A stretch of 64,000 nt of DNA from Narcine bancroftii. Lineage: Eukaryota. Shown piece after piece: positions 22,951 through 35,399 of the stretch. The stretch is from NCBI RefSeq assembly GCF_036971445.1, contig NC_091471.1, positions 183,582,001 to 183,646,000 on the forward strand, written 5' to 3'. The notes beneath the pieces are model-generated. The model searched no databases. It was not told where the DNA came from and saw only the letters and a list, made by a program, of their open reading frames with translations. Position 1 is the stretch's first letter, and the number at the start of each line of letters is the position of its first letter. The translations under genes were made by a program, and so were the position numbers.

Positions 22951-25949
22951 AGATTAAGCCTTTTCATAAGCCCCACAGTGGAAAATAACACAGTGTTTCC
23001 TGGGTCAATAAATGCATAAGTATGTGCTGCTGTATTCCCATCCTTCACCTTAACTTCTACAGGCATTATTGAGAGTTTGCAGTTACCTGCACCAGCCCCA
23101 GTAAGACCACTTGTCAATACTGAAGCTTGAGCACCATTTTCATCTGCTTCTTTCCTCGTTGTTTGTTCCCTTTCCATATCCTTCTTTTCCTTGAAGATAT
23201 GTAACATTTTAGGATTATTTTGACTACATAGATCATGGCTGAACCTCTTTTTGCAGTTTTTGCTGATGTGTCCATCCAAAATTTACTCAATTTTTCTTCA
23301 AAAAAAGCTATTTTCTCACCATGCATCTTTTTTTTCCCTCTGTGCACACTTTCCCAAATCGTGCATTTTATTACAGAACAAACATTTTTTCTCAGCAGGC
23401 AAACTTTAATTTTCCTTAATTTTGTTATCCTCCTCTGTCAGGGAGGTGGCAAATGGACCTTTCTTCAATTTTGGTTGAGAATATGATTTGGACCTCAACT
23501 TCTTCACTCAGTGTTTGAATACCTTTAATTCCATGCACTGGATCTGTGACAAGGTCCATTTGTCCTTCAATGAACACCAAATCCTTAAAGGTAACTGTCA
23601 CATGATGTTTTCCTTGATATTCATAAACTTGTCTTCTCCATAATTCTCTCATCTGGTTTGATAATTTATCTACAATGGTTACCATATGTCAAGCTCTCAA
23701 AGATGGTCAATCTCCATCATGGCATTGCAACATCCTCTTAAGAAAGAGAGTGTAAGCTTATAAACCATTTATGTCCTCTGGTTTATTAATGACCATGAAA
23801 GAGCCTTCTGTATATAAGCTGTAGAAATTCTATACTTGTCACCAAAATGTTTCTCTCATAACCACTTAGCCTTTCTGAATCCTTATGGTGGAGCCATATT
23901 CTGGCAACTCTCTACAAATTCTCATGGTCATCTCATGGTCATCCATTCATAAACTGAAGCAAATAATGTAAATAATCCTCCAAACTGTGACTTTTAATTT
24001 CAAAACCACATTCAAAGCTTTTCATAAATGCTTGAAATTGAAGTGGGTCACCATCAAAAATTGGATTTTTTTTTTATCTTGGGGCAGAGAAGAGAGTGTT
24101 TGTAACTGAATTAACAATGCAGTCATTTCATATGTTACTCTGTCCACCCAGATTTCTGATCCTTGTTGGGAGCACCTGGTATGACTCTGCAAGAGATGGC
24201 ATTTAGCTCCCATCCTGGTCCAATGCAGCCGTCATTGGGATTTGATCTCTGGCTCTTTGGATCAACCTCGTTAATTCAGGATATACGGCGGTGGGTCAGC
24301 ACCAAACTTTGATCTGCCCAGTCCTTCACCAAGCGCTTCTTCTTGATCTAGCACTGGCTCAGCTTTGTACCTAGACCTGTATACTCCAAGAACAGGTCCA
24401 TAATGTTGTTCTAAGGCTGGCTCACCTTTGATATCTAATAGTTTCCTTTCCTGAAATCTATCATTGAAACTATGTTTTTAATTATTTACTTTGTGCACTA
24501 GATTCCACTGAACTTTCTAGTGCCAGTGACCTGGCCTCATTAATAGCAATTTCCTTTGTCCATTTCCAGTTGCTCCCCTTGCTTCCTTAGCTGCTCCTCT
24601 TTCTTCTTTAGCTGTTCCTGTTTCTGCTCCTCCTCTCTTCATAGCTGCTCCTCTTGCTCTTCCTCTAGTCCTTCTAAAGCATATTTAATTTCAACCCTTA
24701 AGGGCTGCCGCATCTTTAAACGTGTAGATTCAGTAAGAAATTCTCGAGCCTACTCTAGAACTCTTTATACGTCTCTTGATTCCAGCATTTGACATACTAT
24801 CATTACGTCCTATCAGGTCCTGTTCTTCAGACGAGGCTTTAGTGTCTCCATTTTAGATTGTTCATCCTTCACACCACCATCTTGTGGTAAAGCTTCAGTC
24901 TCTGCTTCGTGACTGATCTTAGCTTCTATTAATGTTTTTTTGCAGTAATTCTGTGGGATCAATATTCCCAGTAGCTGAAACCTTATTGATATCCTCCCTT
25001 AGTCTTGCTTGAAGAGCTACTTTGTTTCCCTTTGTATCTAATTGCCATTTTTGTAATTCATTTGTAAGTCTACCGTCTTCATCTTCTCGACACATAGCTG
25101 CCCAGCAACCATAGCTGCTCTTTCCTTCATTCTGTCGTTCGTCAAACTCAGATATCAAACATGCACAACAATCTCTCCAAAATCAAAATAGTCCTCATAG
25201 GACAAGTGGATCCCATGCCCCAAAATGTGTTCTAATCTGTAATAAACACAGCTGGCATATCGTCTCTAACAATGGTTTTGATTGTTGTTTGTTTCTCCTT
25301 ATCAAGCTGCTCTAAACAGAGCCAAATCAATCCAGACTGCCTCCAAATTCGATTTCCAATATTCTATTTCTTCAAATCCATCCTTCTATTGACTAATAAG
25401 TCAATAGTCCAGGTTGCTTTGACTTAATTAGTCTCACTTGAAGATCAGTCCTTTTATTGACTAATGATTCAATAACTTTAACTTAATTATTGCAACCATT
25501 TCTCTCTTTAATCACTTGAGAACATACAGATGGTTTGTGACTCATTAATGAAAAAGTCCATTCCAAATTAGCATTGAGTTTTTCCACTGTTTATTTCCAC
25601 TCTAAACAGTAAACAATACTTAAAACAATTAATAAATTGACAATATAATATTAATAATTCAAAACTAAACAGTCAAATCAATTGTCTGACCTAGCTCTAT
25701 GTTCTTGATTTTAACAGCATAAAAATCAATTAAAAAATAAATATTTTGTTTATATTAAACACACAGAAAAAAAAAGACCTTGGTCTTACAGGCTGTAACT
25801 ATAGAAACACTTAAAGGAATGTCAACAAACTTCTGCAAGCTGCTGAAAACTGGCAAAATGTTTTCAAGAGATCTTAAGTCATTTTAACCCTTACAATCAA
25901 GTTCACGTTCATTCTCATCTGACTGCACATCAAAGACAGACCAAAAAAG

Positions 25950-25956
<7 letters not shown>

Positions 25957-25985
<29 letters not shown>
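25957..25985. repeat. (CA)n microsatellite
   Basis: Direct read of the sequence. Confidence 0.95.
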
Positions 25986-25989
<4 letters not shown>

Positions 25990-26747
25990 ATATATGACTC
26001 TGACATAGGAGCAGATGAGCAGAAATAGGCTATTCAGCCCATTGTGTCTGCCACACTATTTAGAAGATAGAACACTGCAGCACAGTACAGGCCCATCAGC
26101 CTTCAATGCTCTAACACATATATTCCTTTTTTTTAAAAAAATACTAAACCCTCCCTACCTCGTAACCCTCTATTTTAATTTCATCCATATGCCTGTCCAA
26201 GAGCTTCTATAATTCCCCTTTTGTTTCAGCCTCCACCACCATCCACAGCAAGGCATTCTAGGCCACTACAACTCTCTGAGTGAAAAACCTACCACTGATG
26301 TCTCCCCTAAACTTCCCTCCCTTCACTTTCTACATATGTTCTCTGGTGTTTGCTGTTCCTCCCATGCTATAAAGGCACTGGCTATCTGCTATTCCTCTCA
26401 TAATCTTGTAGACAAAGTCTCCTCTCATCCTTCTATGCTCCAAAGAGAAAAGTCCCAGCTCTGCTAACCTTGCCTCATAAGACTTATTTTCCAATCCAGA
26501 CAATCCTGGCAAATCTCCCTCTGCACTCTCTCCATAGCTTCCAAATCCTTCCTCTAATGAGGTGACCAGAACTGAACACAATACTCTAAATGTGCTCTCA
26601 CCAGAGATTTGTAGAGTTGCAAAATGGCCTCTCGACTCTTGAACTCAGTCCCCTATTACTGAAGTCCAACATCTCATAGGCCTTCTTAACTATCTTAGTA
26701 ACACACTGAAATGCCAGAGAAACTCAGCTAGCCTTTTCAGCATCTAT

Positions 26748-27070
26748 TTTTCTCTTCTTCTTTGGCTTGGCTTCGCGGATGAAGATTTATGGAGGGGTAA
26801 TGTCCACGTCAGCTGCAGGCTCGTTTGTGGCTGACAAGTCCGATGCGGGACAGGCAGACACGGTTGCAGCGGTTGCAAGGGAAAATTGGTTGGTTGGGGT
26901 TGGGTGTTGTGTTTTTCCTCTTTTGTCTTTTGTCAGTGAGGTGGGCTCTGCGGTCTTCTTCAAAGGAGGTTGCTGCCCGCCGAACTGTGAGGCGCCAAGA
27001 TGCACGGTTTGAGGTGATATCAGTCCACTGGTGGTGGTCAATGTGGCAGGCACCAAGAGATTTCTTTAGG
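26748..27070 (-). mobile_element. 5'-truncated RTE copy
   Basis: Homologous to the 3' end of the full-length RTE. 10-bp TSD cagcatctat (26738-26747 and 27071-27080). Confidence 0.92.
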
Positions 27071-27329
27071 CAGCATCTATAGGAGACAAAGATATACAGT
27101 ATTGCCAATGTTTCAGCCCTGAACCCTTCTTCAAGGAAAAATCAGGAACGGCAGAAGCAGGATATATCAAAAAGTCTCAAGATCCAAACAATGGGGGAGG
27201 AATCCAGACTAACGAAAGGTGTTAACTGGATGTGATAATAGACTAAGTGAAAATTTATCACGTCAGTGTGAAAGGAGATGTGGAAAGGAGAGACGATGGG
27301 GGAAGAGGGGGTTGGGGGTAGGGAATTAA

Positions 27330-28662
27330 TCAACTTCAACCTTTGTATATGGCATTCATTGACCACCAAAGCCTTTGAACCCTATGGGTTGTCCTATCCA
27401 CCTATGGATGTTCTGAAAAGTACATTTGAATCCAGAGACTCCTCCATGATGGCATGTTTGCCACAGTCATGGTCAGCAACCATAGCAATGTGCTTCATCA
27501 AATCAAATCTGGAGTAAAATAGGGATGCATGATTGCTCCAACTTTGTTCACCATCTTTATTGCAACAATCATCCACATTCTCAAGGATAATCTATCCCCA
27601 GGAATCAAAATAGTCTACAGACTTTTCAGTCTTGCCCATTTCAAGTCCAGAAACAAGACATCCATGAGTTCCCTCATCAAGTTCTAATATGCAAATGACA
27701 ACAGTTTTGCAGCTCTCTCAGAATACCACTTAGATAGATCAGATTCTGACTGTCTTTGACTGTGCATGCACAAAACTTGGACATACCATCAATTTCAAGA
27801 AGACTCAAATTACCTACCACCGTCACCAATTGAGACAAATCAGATAGAACCATCAAATGAACTTGGGGAAACAATCCTGGAGAACGTGGACCACTTTCCA
27901 TATCTTGGAAGTCACCACTCTTCCAATGTCGACCTTAATAATGAGATCCAATGTCATCTTAGATGCACTGGAACAGCTTTTGGACGTCTCCAAATAAGAG
28001 TCTCTTATGATCATGACATTCAAATAGACACCAAAAGGTTAGTGTGCAAAGCAGTGTGATCCCAATGCTTCTGCATGCATCGGAAACCTGGATAACATAC
28101 TGATGACAACTGACACTTGAAAAGATCCATCAACGCAGTCTTTGAAACATCTTAAATATCAGCTGGGAAGATAGAAGAACTGATGTCAGTGTGCTAAATG
28201 AAGCAATAACAACAAGCATTGAGGCCTACATCATTAAGAACCAACTAAGATAGTGCAGTCATGTTGTTCGTACGGAAGATGAATGTCTGCCAAAACAAAT
28301 CTTCTACTCCATCTTAAAGAAGGCAAACGTAAAAGAGGTGGACAACTGAAGAGATTCAAAGTTGTCTTAAAATCCAACATGAAGAAATGTTACATCAACA
28401 TCAATAATTGGAAAACCAATGCCAAGGAGAGGAATCTCTGGCAAACCATCATCTAAGAAGGAACAGAACTAGAAGAAAAGAGTAGTAAATGGAAAGAGAG
28501 GCAGCAACAACCAAAGCCAGATCTGCCATCTGGATCTACCTGTCCTGAATGCAGAAGATCTTTCAAAGCCAAGATTGGACTCATAAGCCACTTGAGAGCC
28601 CATAAAGAGATCACAGAACAAAGTCCATCATCCTTGACCTTGAGGGATATCCATGACAATGA
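27330..28662 (+). mobile_element. Older, different RTE-clade LINE fragment
   Basis: Decayed GVK.GC.IAPTLF, ENVDHFPYLGS and TAFGRL, plus a C2H2-type end CPECRRSFKAKIGLISHLRAH. Confidence 0.8.
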
Positions 28663-29149
28663 TACCTTTTGTTGGTCTGGATTCCTCCCCCATTGTTGGC
28701 ATTCTGAGTGGTTCTGATATCTCCTACTTCTGCCGTTGATGATTTTTCATTAAAGAAGGGCTCAGACCCGAAACATCTGCAATATGTCTTTGTCTTCTAT
28801 AGATGCTGAAAAGACTGGCTGCGTTCCTCCAGCATTTTGGAGTGTTTACTACAATCACAATGTTTGCAGCCTATCATGTTTCACTCTCTTCTTAACTATC
28901 CTATCAACCTGCACAGCAACCTTGAGGGATGAATGGCTTTGGACCCCATAGTCCCTTTGTTAATTCACACTCTTATATAACTGACCATTAACCCTGTACT
29001 CAGCCTTTGAGTTTGATGCAGAACTGGGCTTAGATACACTACTTGGTGCTTCCCTTCCATAAAGGCAAATAAATTAATAGGCAGTTCAATAGTCAAAAAT
29101 TTGTTATGAATTTGATTTAAATTCAGGTGCTGTTTTGAACTGAAATTTT

Positions 29150-30100
29150 TTATTTATCTGCTCTGATTACTAATAATTTATTTTTTTCCTCCATCTTGCC
29201 TTGATCATGTTTTTTAATAAATGGAGAGAAAAGGGTATCACTTCATTTTTTGATTTATTTGGAGACGGCTGTTATATGACATTTGAGCATTTGTCACGTA
29301 AATTTAATCTCCCGAACTTCTATTTTTTTCGATATTTACAGGTTAGAGATTTTCCGAGAAACTAATTTACTACTTTTCTGTTCTCCCATGATAGTAATTG
29401 TATTGATTTATTTTTCAGTAAATCCTTGTCAAAAGAATTTAATAGGATTCATTTATGGATTAATTGTTAAAATACTTCTTAAGTGTGTTGGGAAAGTGAT
29501 TTCCAAACTATTCTTTCTAAGGATATATGGACCAAATGTTTAAAATTGGTCCATTCCTCTTTCATTTGTGCACATCATTCATTTATTCAAGATAGTATAT
29601 AAAGCACATTTATCCAAAGATAAATTAGCTAAGATTTTTCCTACTATAAGCCCTGTATGCTTCAGATGTCGTAATGGGATTGCTTAGTTATTTCATGTCT
29701 TTTGGTCCTGTTCAGCATTAGATCACTATTGGAAGGAAATTTTTAATGCATTTTCCCATATTTTCTCAGCTACTGTTCAAACTCATCCCATTACAGCTTT
29801 ATTTGGTGTGGTGATAGAGAACAGTCGATTATCGGTGTTGGATGCCATGTGATAGCTTTTTGCACATTAATGGCTAGAAGATCTATTTTGCTAAGATGGA
29901 AGAAGTTGATCCTTCCCAGTTATGCACAATGGATGACCCAAACCTTATCTTGCTTGAATATCAAAAAGATTAGATGCAATGTTCTGAAAACTGAAGTTAA
30001 GTTTGAGAAAATGTAGTATATTTTCATGGAATATTTTAATGTTTAATGAATAGTAGTGGTTTACTATTTTATATGTAACATACAAAGCATTTGGAGTCAC
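29150..30100 (+). mobile_element. L1/Tx1-clade ORF2 3' remnant
   Basis: About 29647-29715 translates ISPVCFRCRNGIA*LFHVFWSC (CCHC motif), followed by RRSILLRWKK. AT-rich. Confidence 0.7.
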
Positions 30101-30811
30101 TTCCTGAACTTTTTCATTTACATATAAGGCAATTCACCAACGTACTGCTACCCTTTTGGTGTTTTAAGGAGTCCCAGCAGCGTTTTCTCTTTTTTTAGTT
30201 TAGGGGTTATAGATTTAGGATTAGGTAGTTATGGCCTTTTTTCTTTTAGTTTTTTTCTCTGTGTGAACAAGTGATATAATATTGAATTCCGTCCGTTAGT
30301 TTATTATTACCTTCTCCACTTACAGATCAGCATAACAGGTGTGCTGACGTAGACAGTCTAGTGTTTCCTAAAGGATGCACCAGGCATACTCAGCAATGAG
30401 CATGAATGAGCTTTGACTGCATGGTCACTCTCTACCTTCTTCTGAGTTCTTGTTCATTACAAAGCCAATTTGATTTACTTTGAGTGATATTGTGAAATGT
30501 TGTAAAAGCATTGGCTATCCTAACAGCTATGAATGGCCCAGCTGTGATAGGAAGGTACAACACTGGCATCAATTGATGGAAGGCTGTTCCAGAATTGTTA
30601 GCCATATAGATTTTTTAAAAGCCGATACAAAGGCATTGAGATTATACAACCAGAGAGATATTGGGTCATTTAAAGGTTAAGAATAAGATTGATGAATCAG
30701 GGACTTGAGACATTGAGGGTTGATGCTGTTGGGCTAATGGTAGTGGATATAGGCAGGGCCTGAGGTTTGGGGAGATAGTTCAAGGTTCCTTTAAAATAAT
30801 TGAACATAATG

Positions 30812-31023
30812 CAGTAAAACCCCTGATATCTGGCACACATAGGGCTTGGTAGATGCCAGATAAGTGAATTATCCAGTTGCTTGAGACAGTGTGTTATGTG
30901 ATTGGCGAACTAACCTCGAGGGGGCAGATTTCATATCTTTTACTTATTTATTTCCGTGATTTTTTTTCACCTATTGCTTGAGGCTACCGGTTGCTTGAAT
31001 TCAGGATAATGGGGATTTTACTG
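30812..31023. mobile_element. Tigger/pogo-type MITE
   Basis: TIRs cagtaaaacccctgatatc and gataatggggattttactg. Confidence 0.7.
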
Positions 31024-31609
31024 GATATAGAATTTGTTCATTTATTTTTGCTGTAAAGGCACATGCAGAGGCATTACTAGCATGGCCCCCCACTGATAAG
31101 AGAAAGAGAAAAACCCTTTAGAGACATAAAATAACCATGGATTCACCTCCTGCAGCTTCTGCAGCCTCATGGTCTTCTGTCTGATTTTCCAATATGATCA
31201 AAAAGCTGTTAACACCCAAGGCCCTTTGGGATCCATGCTCTCCATTACCATCCTCAATAACCTCATACCCAGGATGATTTGATGTTTGATGTTCCCTGGG
31301 AGTGGCTTTCAAAAGGAGAAAGTTATTAGAGGCTTACCTTAATGCACTGTTAAAACAGTTGTTCTGGGTCTGTGCAATAACAGTCTCTCCTGTCAATGGT
31401 TCAAAATATTGATTTCACAGGCAGCCACAGAATTTGACAGGTGCCTGAATTATAAACCATCCACAATTTGCAAGCAGGACACAAACTGTGAAGTGTGTGG
31501 TAGAATTTACAGAGAGACCCAAAAAACCTAAGGACGATTGTCCTCGTGTTTCTCTCCATGGTACGATTTCAATGTCAGGGTGAAATAAATGCTACTCTGT
31601 GATTTAAAC

Positions 31610-31725
31610 ATGAAAATCTGGCTTCAAGTGCAATGCACCAACGTGCTGGAGGAACTCAGCAGGTCACACAGCATCCACAGGAAGTAAAGGTAACCAACGT
31701 TTCGGGTCTGGGGTCTTCGTCAAAA
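31610..31725 (-). mobile_element. Penelope-like pLTR fragment with hammerhead motif
   Basis: Minus strand reads TTGACGA-AGACCCCAGACCC-GAAACGTTGG. Confidence 0.65.
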
Positions 31726-32281
31726 TTTGTGATTTCATGGCGAGGCAACTGAAATGGTTTGTACTGCGGTGACATGTAGTGGTTGGAATTTGAAATTGCA
31801 GGCAGCCTCAGATTATCGAATTTGCCGGATACCTCAGGGATTCTGTGTCTCAGCAAGATGCTTTTAACCCTCCCTGAACATGGTGCTAACTGTTACACCA
31901 TTACTATCATAGGTTGACTTAAGTAACCTCAGCATAACTTGTCTCACAAATACAACACCTTCTGGCGCTTGCGCACATCACCTCTAACAATAAATTGCCT
32001 TCAAGTTTCTATTGAAATGAAAAGAGAAAATTAACTACGCTGTGCTCTCTTCTAATAAGATAAACTGCCACATTCTGCTTCAGTGTAACCTGAAATGCAC
32101 TATCCATGTGATCAGTAATTAATATTAGAAATGTGGGGACCAGAAGTTCAATCAGTACCACACGTTACACTGCCAAAACCACCAATGTAAATTCTGGAGC
32201 AATGATACCTGCTGAATTTCCATGACAAATTTTAACTTTCAGTTACATAAATGGATTTATGTGGAGGTTGAGAGCATACAT

Positions 32282-35075
32282 CAGGGATGGCCAAACCTGC
32301 CTAATGTAATAGCCACATATGATATTTGAGACGCAAATCATAAAAAATTACATACACATTTTTACTCTTGTTTGCATATTTGTTACAAAAAATTATATAA
32401 ATATTAAGAAATACATGAATGTAAGAATATTTATTCAAGTACACAATTTTTAAACTGGTAATTTGTTTGTTTCAATAATCAACAAATCTTTTCAAAATCC
32501 TGACTGATTTTCTGTGGAAATCTCTGCCCAATGAAGTAGTAGAGGCTGACTTATTTAATATAGTTAAAACAGAGTAAGATAGATTTTTTTCATCTCCTGG
32601 GGAATTAAGGGTTCTGGGAGAAGGGGAGAGTTGAGTCCATGGCCAGATCACGTGTGATCTCACTGAATGTGGGAGCAGGTTCGACAGGCTGGATGGACAA
32701 CTCCTGCTCCTGTTTCTAAAGTGTTCTCTTCAGGAACGCTGCTGCCACTGGTCTCTGCAGATACCTGCACACTGAGTGCATGATGCAAAGTGGCCTCTAA
32801 GGCAGGGCGAAGCCAGGGGGTTCATAGCTCTGCTCCTCCCCATTCCACCTTCTGCTCCCCTCTCCCCCATAAGTGGCGAGTTGGGGAGAGCAGCTGCTGG
32901 GAGTGGAGGCTGCCTGGTGTTGACTCTCCATCTGATAGGGCCAGAGCTTGCTTGTGGCCACTGACAGAACTTTCATACTGTTGCCAGCTCCAGCTCTGTC
33001 CTGGCTTTGCGCCTGGATGAAGTCCTCATTGGGGACTCCCTCCATTGTCTCCTCCCCGTCTGTATCATTTTGTTTCCCATTGTCAGACTGCCTGGACAGT
33101 CTTTGGGGCAGGTCATGCCTCATAGGAACTCCCCAGCCCCAGCCTCAACTGCTCCCTGCAGGACCTTTAGCTTTGCCTGACCCTCCTGCTGTTCACCGCA
33201 CATTGGCAGTGCACTGCTGTGGTGTGGCCAGCCTAAGTGAGGAAAACCCGACTCCAGCATGTGCTGCTCGGTCTGCTCCTCTGCAGGAGCCAGTCCTCCA
33301 GTGCCCACTCCCTCTTCCCTCTCCTTGTCACATAGCCCAGGCTGTAACCAACCCAGGAACCCCCAGTGTATCTCAGGGATCCAGAGACTCCTGGTGTAGC
33401 TTTGGGAGCACTGATATCTCTTCCTGCCAACATTCAGTCCCCTCCATAATGTTTGGGACAAAGATACATTTTTCCTTTATTTGTCCCTCTACACCCCATT
33501 TTTAAAATTTGAAATCAAACAATTCAAGCGATTAAAGTGCACATTCCAGATTTTATTTAAGGTATTTGACCATGTAGAAATACAGCATCTTTTATACATA
33601 GTCCCCTCATTTCAGGACACCATAATATTTCGGATATAGCAATGGTATGTATATTAGTTACGTTTACCATTTTGTTTCATATCCCTTGCGTGCAATGACT
33701 GCCTGAAGTCTGTAATTCATTGACATTACCAGGTGCTGAGTATCTTCTCTGGTAATGTTCTACCAGGACTCTACTGCAACCATCTCACCTCCTGCTTGGT
33801 TGGGGAAGCTTGTCCCCTTAAGTTTTCTCTTCAGCATATGGAAGACATTCTCAATTTGGATTTAGATCAGGTGTTTGATTTGGCCAATTGAGAATTTTCC
33901 AGTTTTTAGCTTTGAAAAATTCCTTTGATGCTTTAGCAGGGATCATGTCTTGATGAAGCACCGTTAAGTGAGTTTGAAAGCATTTGCTTGAACATAAGCA
34001 AATAAGTTGTTTCTATACACCTCAGAATTCATTTTTCTACTGCTGTCAGCAGTTACATCATCAATGAAGTTAAGTGCGCCAATACCTGTGGCAGGCATAC
34101 ATACCCAGAATGTAACACACCCACCACCATGTTTCACAGAGGAGGTGGCATGCTTTGGATCTTGGGCAGTTCCTTTAGGCCTCCACACTTTGCCACTTTG
34201 CTCTTGCCATCACTCTGACACAGGTTAATCTTGGTCTCATCTGTCCACAAGAAATTTGGAGGCTTTTTAAAATACTTCTTGGCAAACTAATCTGGCCATC
34301 CTGTTTCTGTGACTAACTAATAGTTTGCATTTTGCAGTGTAGTCTCTGTATTTCTATTCATGAAGTTTTCTGTGGACAGTAGTCATTGACACATCTACAC
34401 CTACCTCCTGAAGAAAGTTTCTGATTTGTGGACAGGCTTTTGGGGATTTTCCTTATGATGGTAATAGTTCTTCTCTCATCAGCAGTAGAGCTCATCCTTG
34501 GCCTACCAATCCCTTTGCGATTACTGAGCTCACCAGTGGACTCTCTTAATGATGTTCCAGACCGTAGATTTTGGTAATCCTAAGGGTTGCGTAATGTCTC
34601 TTACTCTTTTATTCTTATTTTTCAGTCTCATAATGCTTCTTTGAGTTTCGGCTCATTTCTGGACCTCATGTTGAAAATTGACAACTACAGACTCCAAAGG
34701 TGATCAAAAGCTTAGAAACAAGCCTAGCTCTCTTATACCTACACCAAAGAAGCAATGAAACATACCTGAGTAATCACAAACACCTGTGAAGCCAAATATT
34801 CTAAACATTATGGTGCCCTGAAATGAAGGAACTATGTATAAAAACTGCTGTAATTTCTACATGGTCAAACCAAAATATATATGAAATCTGGAATGTGCAT
34901 TTTAATTACATGTGAATTGTTTGATTACAGATTTCAAATTGTGGACTACAGGAGCAAATGAAAGTTAAAAGTGTCTTCGTCCATTACATTAGGGAGGGCA
35001 TTGTATTTCCGTGAGCCACACATTGCATGTCAAAGAGCCACATGTGGCTTGCAAGCCACACTTTGGCCACACTTG
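32282..35075. mobile_element. Non-autonomous hAT (Charlie-like) element containing nested CR1 and Tc1
   Basis: Ends cagggatggccaaa and tttggccacacttg, subterminal agccac repeats, and degenerate 8-bp flanks gcatacat/tcgtatat. Confidence 0.5.
33435..35003 (-). mobile_element. Tc1-family DNA transposon, near full length, inactive
   Basis: Long (~200 bp) inverted termini beginning cagtcccctccataatgtttgggac and ending gggagggcattg-TA. Transposase peptide WRPKGTAQDPKHATSSVKHGGGCVTFW. Confidence 0.88.
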
Positions 35076-35399
35076 TCGTATATGGAACAGCAAACATTAT
35101 AGCACAGTACAGGTCATTTGGCCCAACTTTGTTGTTCTGTCCTATATAAACCTACTCAGCAACAATCTAATCCTTCATGACCACACATCCATTCCTCTCT
35201 ACTTTTCTTACATCCATGTGCCAATCTAAGAGTGTTTTGAATGTCCCTACCACTATTCCCCAGCAATGCATTCCAGACAGCTACCACTCTCTGTGCAACA
35301 CAATAAAATTAATGAGTTTATTGCATAAACATTGTACAATGTACACATGCACCAAAAAAGTTACTATAATGACAACTAAAAACACAACCACAATAGTCA

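Larger units (their letters stand above)
21950..25200 (-). mobile_element. BEL/Pao LTR retrotransposon remnant (gag, protease)
   Basis: Peptides IVDKLSNQMRELWRRQ...TFKDLVFIE (gag), GHISKNCKKR..C..NNPKMLH (zinc knuckles) and IMPVEV...TYAFIDPG (aspartic protease). Many frameshifts. LTRs not delimited. Confidence 0.75.
26695..28887. mobile_element. Penelope-like element with inverted pLTRs (26695-~27320 minus; ~28665-28887 plus)
   Basis: caatgggggaggaatccagac (~27188) is the reverse complement of gtctggattcctcccccattg (~28675). Both arms carry hammerhead remnants. 13-bp TSD. Confidence 0.7.
26065..29020 (-). mobile_element. CR1 3' fragment hosting nested insertions (26695-28887)
   Basis: ORF 26330..26581 SYEARLAELGLFSLEHRRMRGD. 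The CR1 resumes after the 13-bp duplication cttcttaactatc. Confidence 0.75.
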
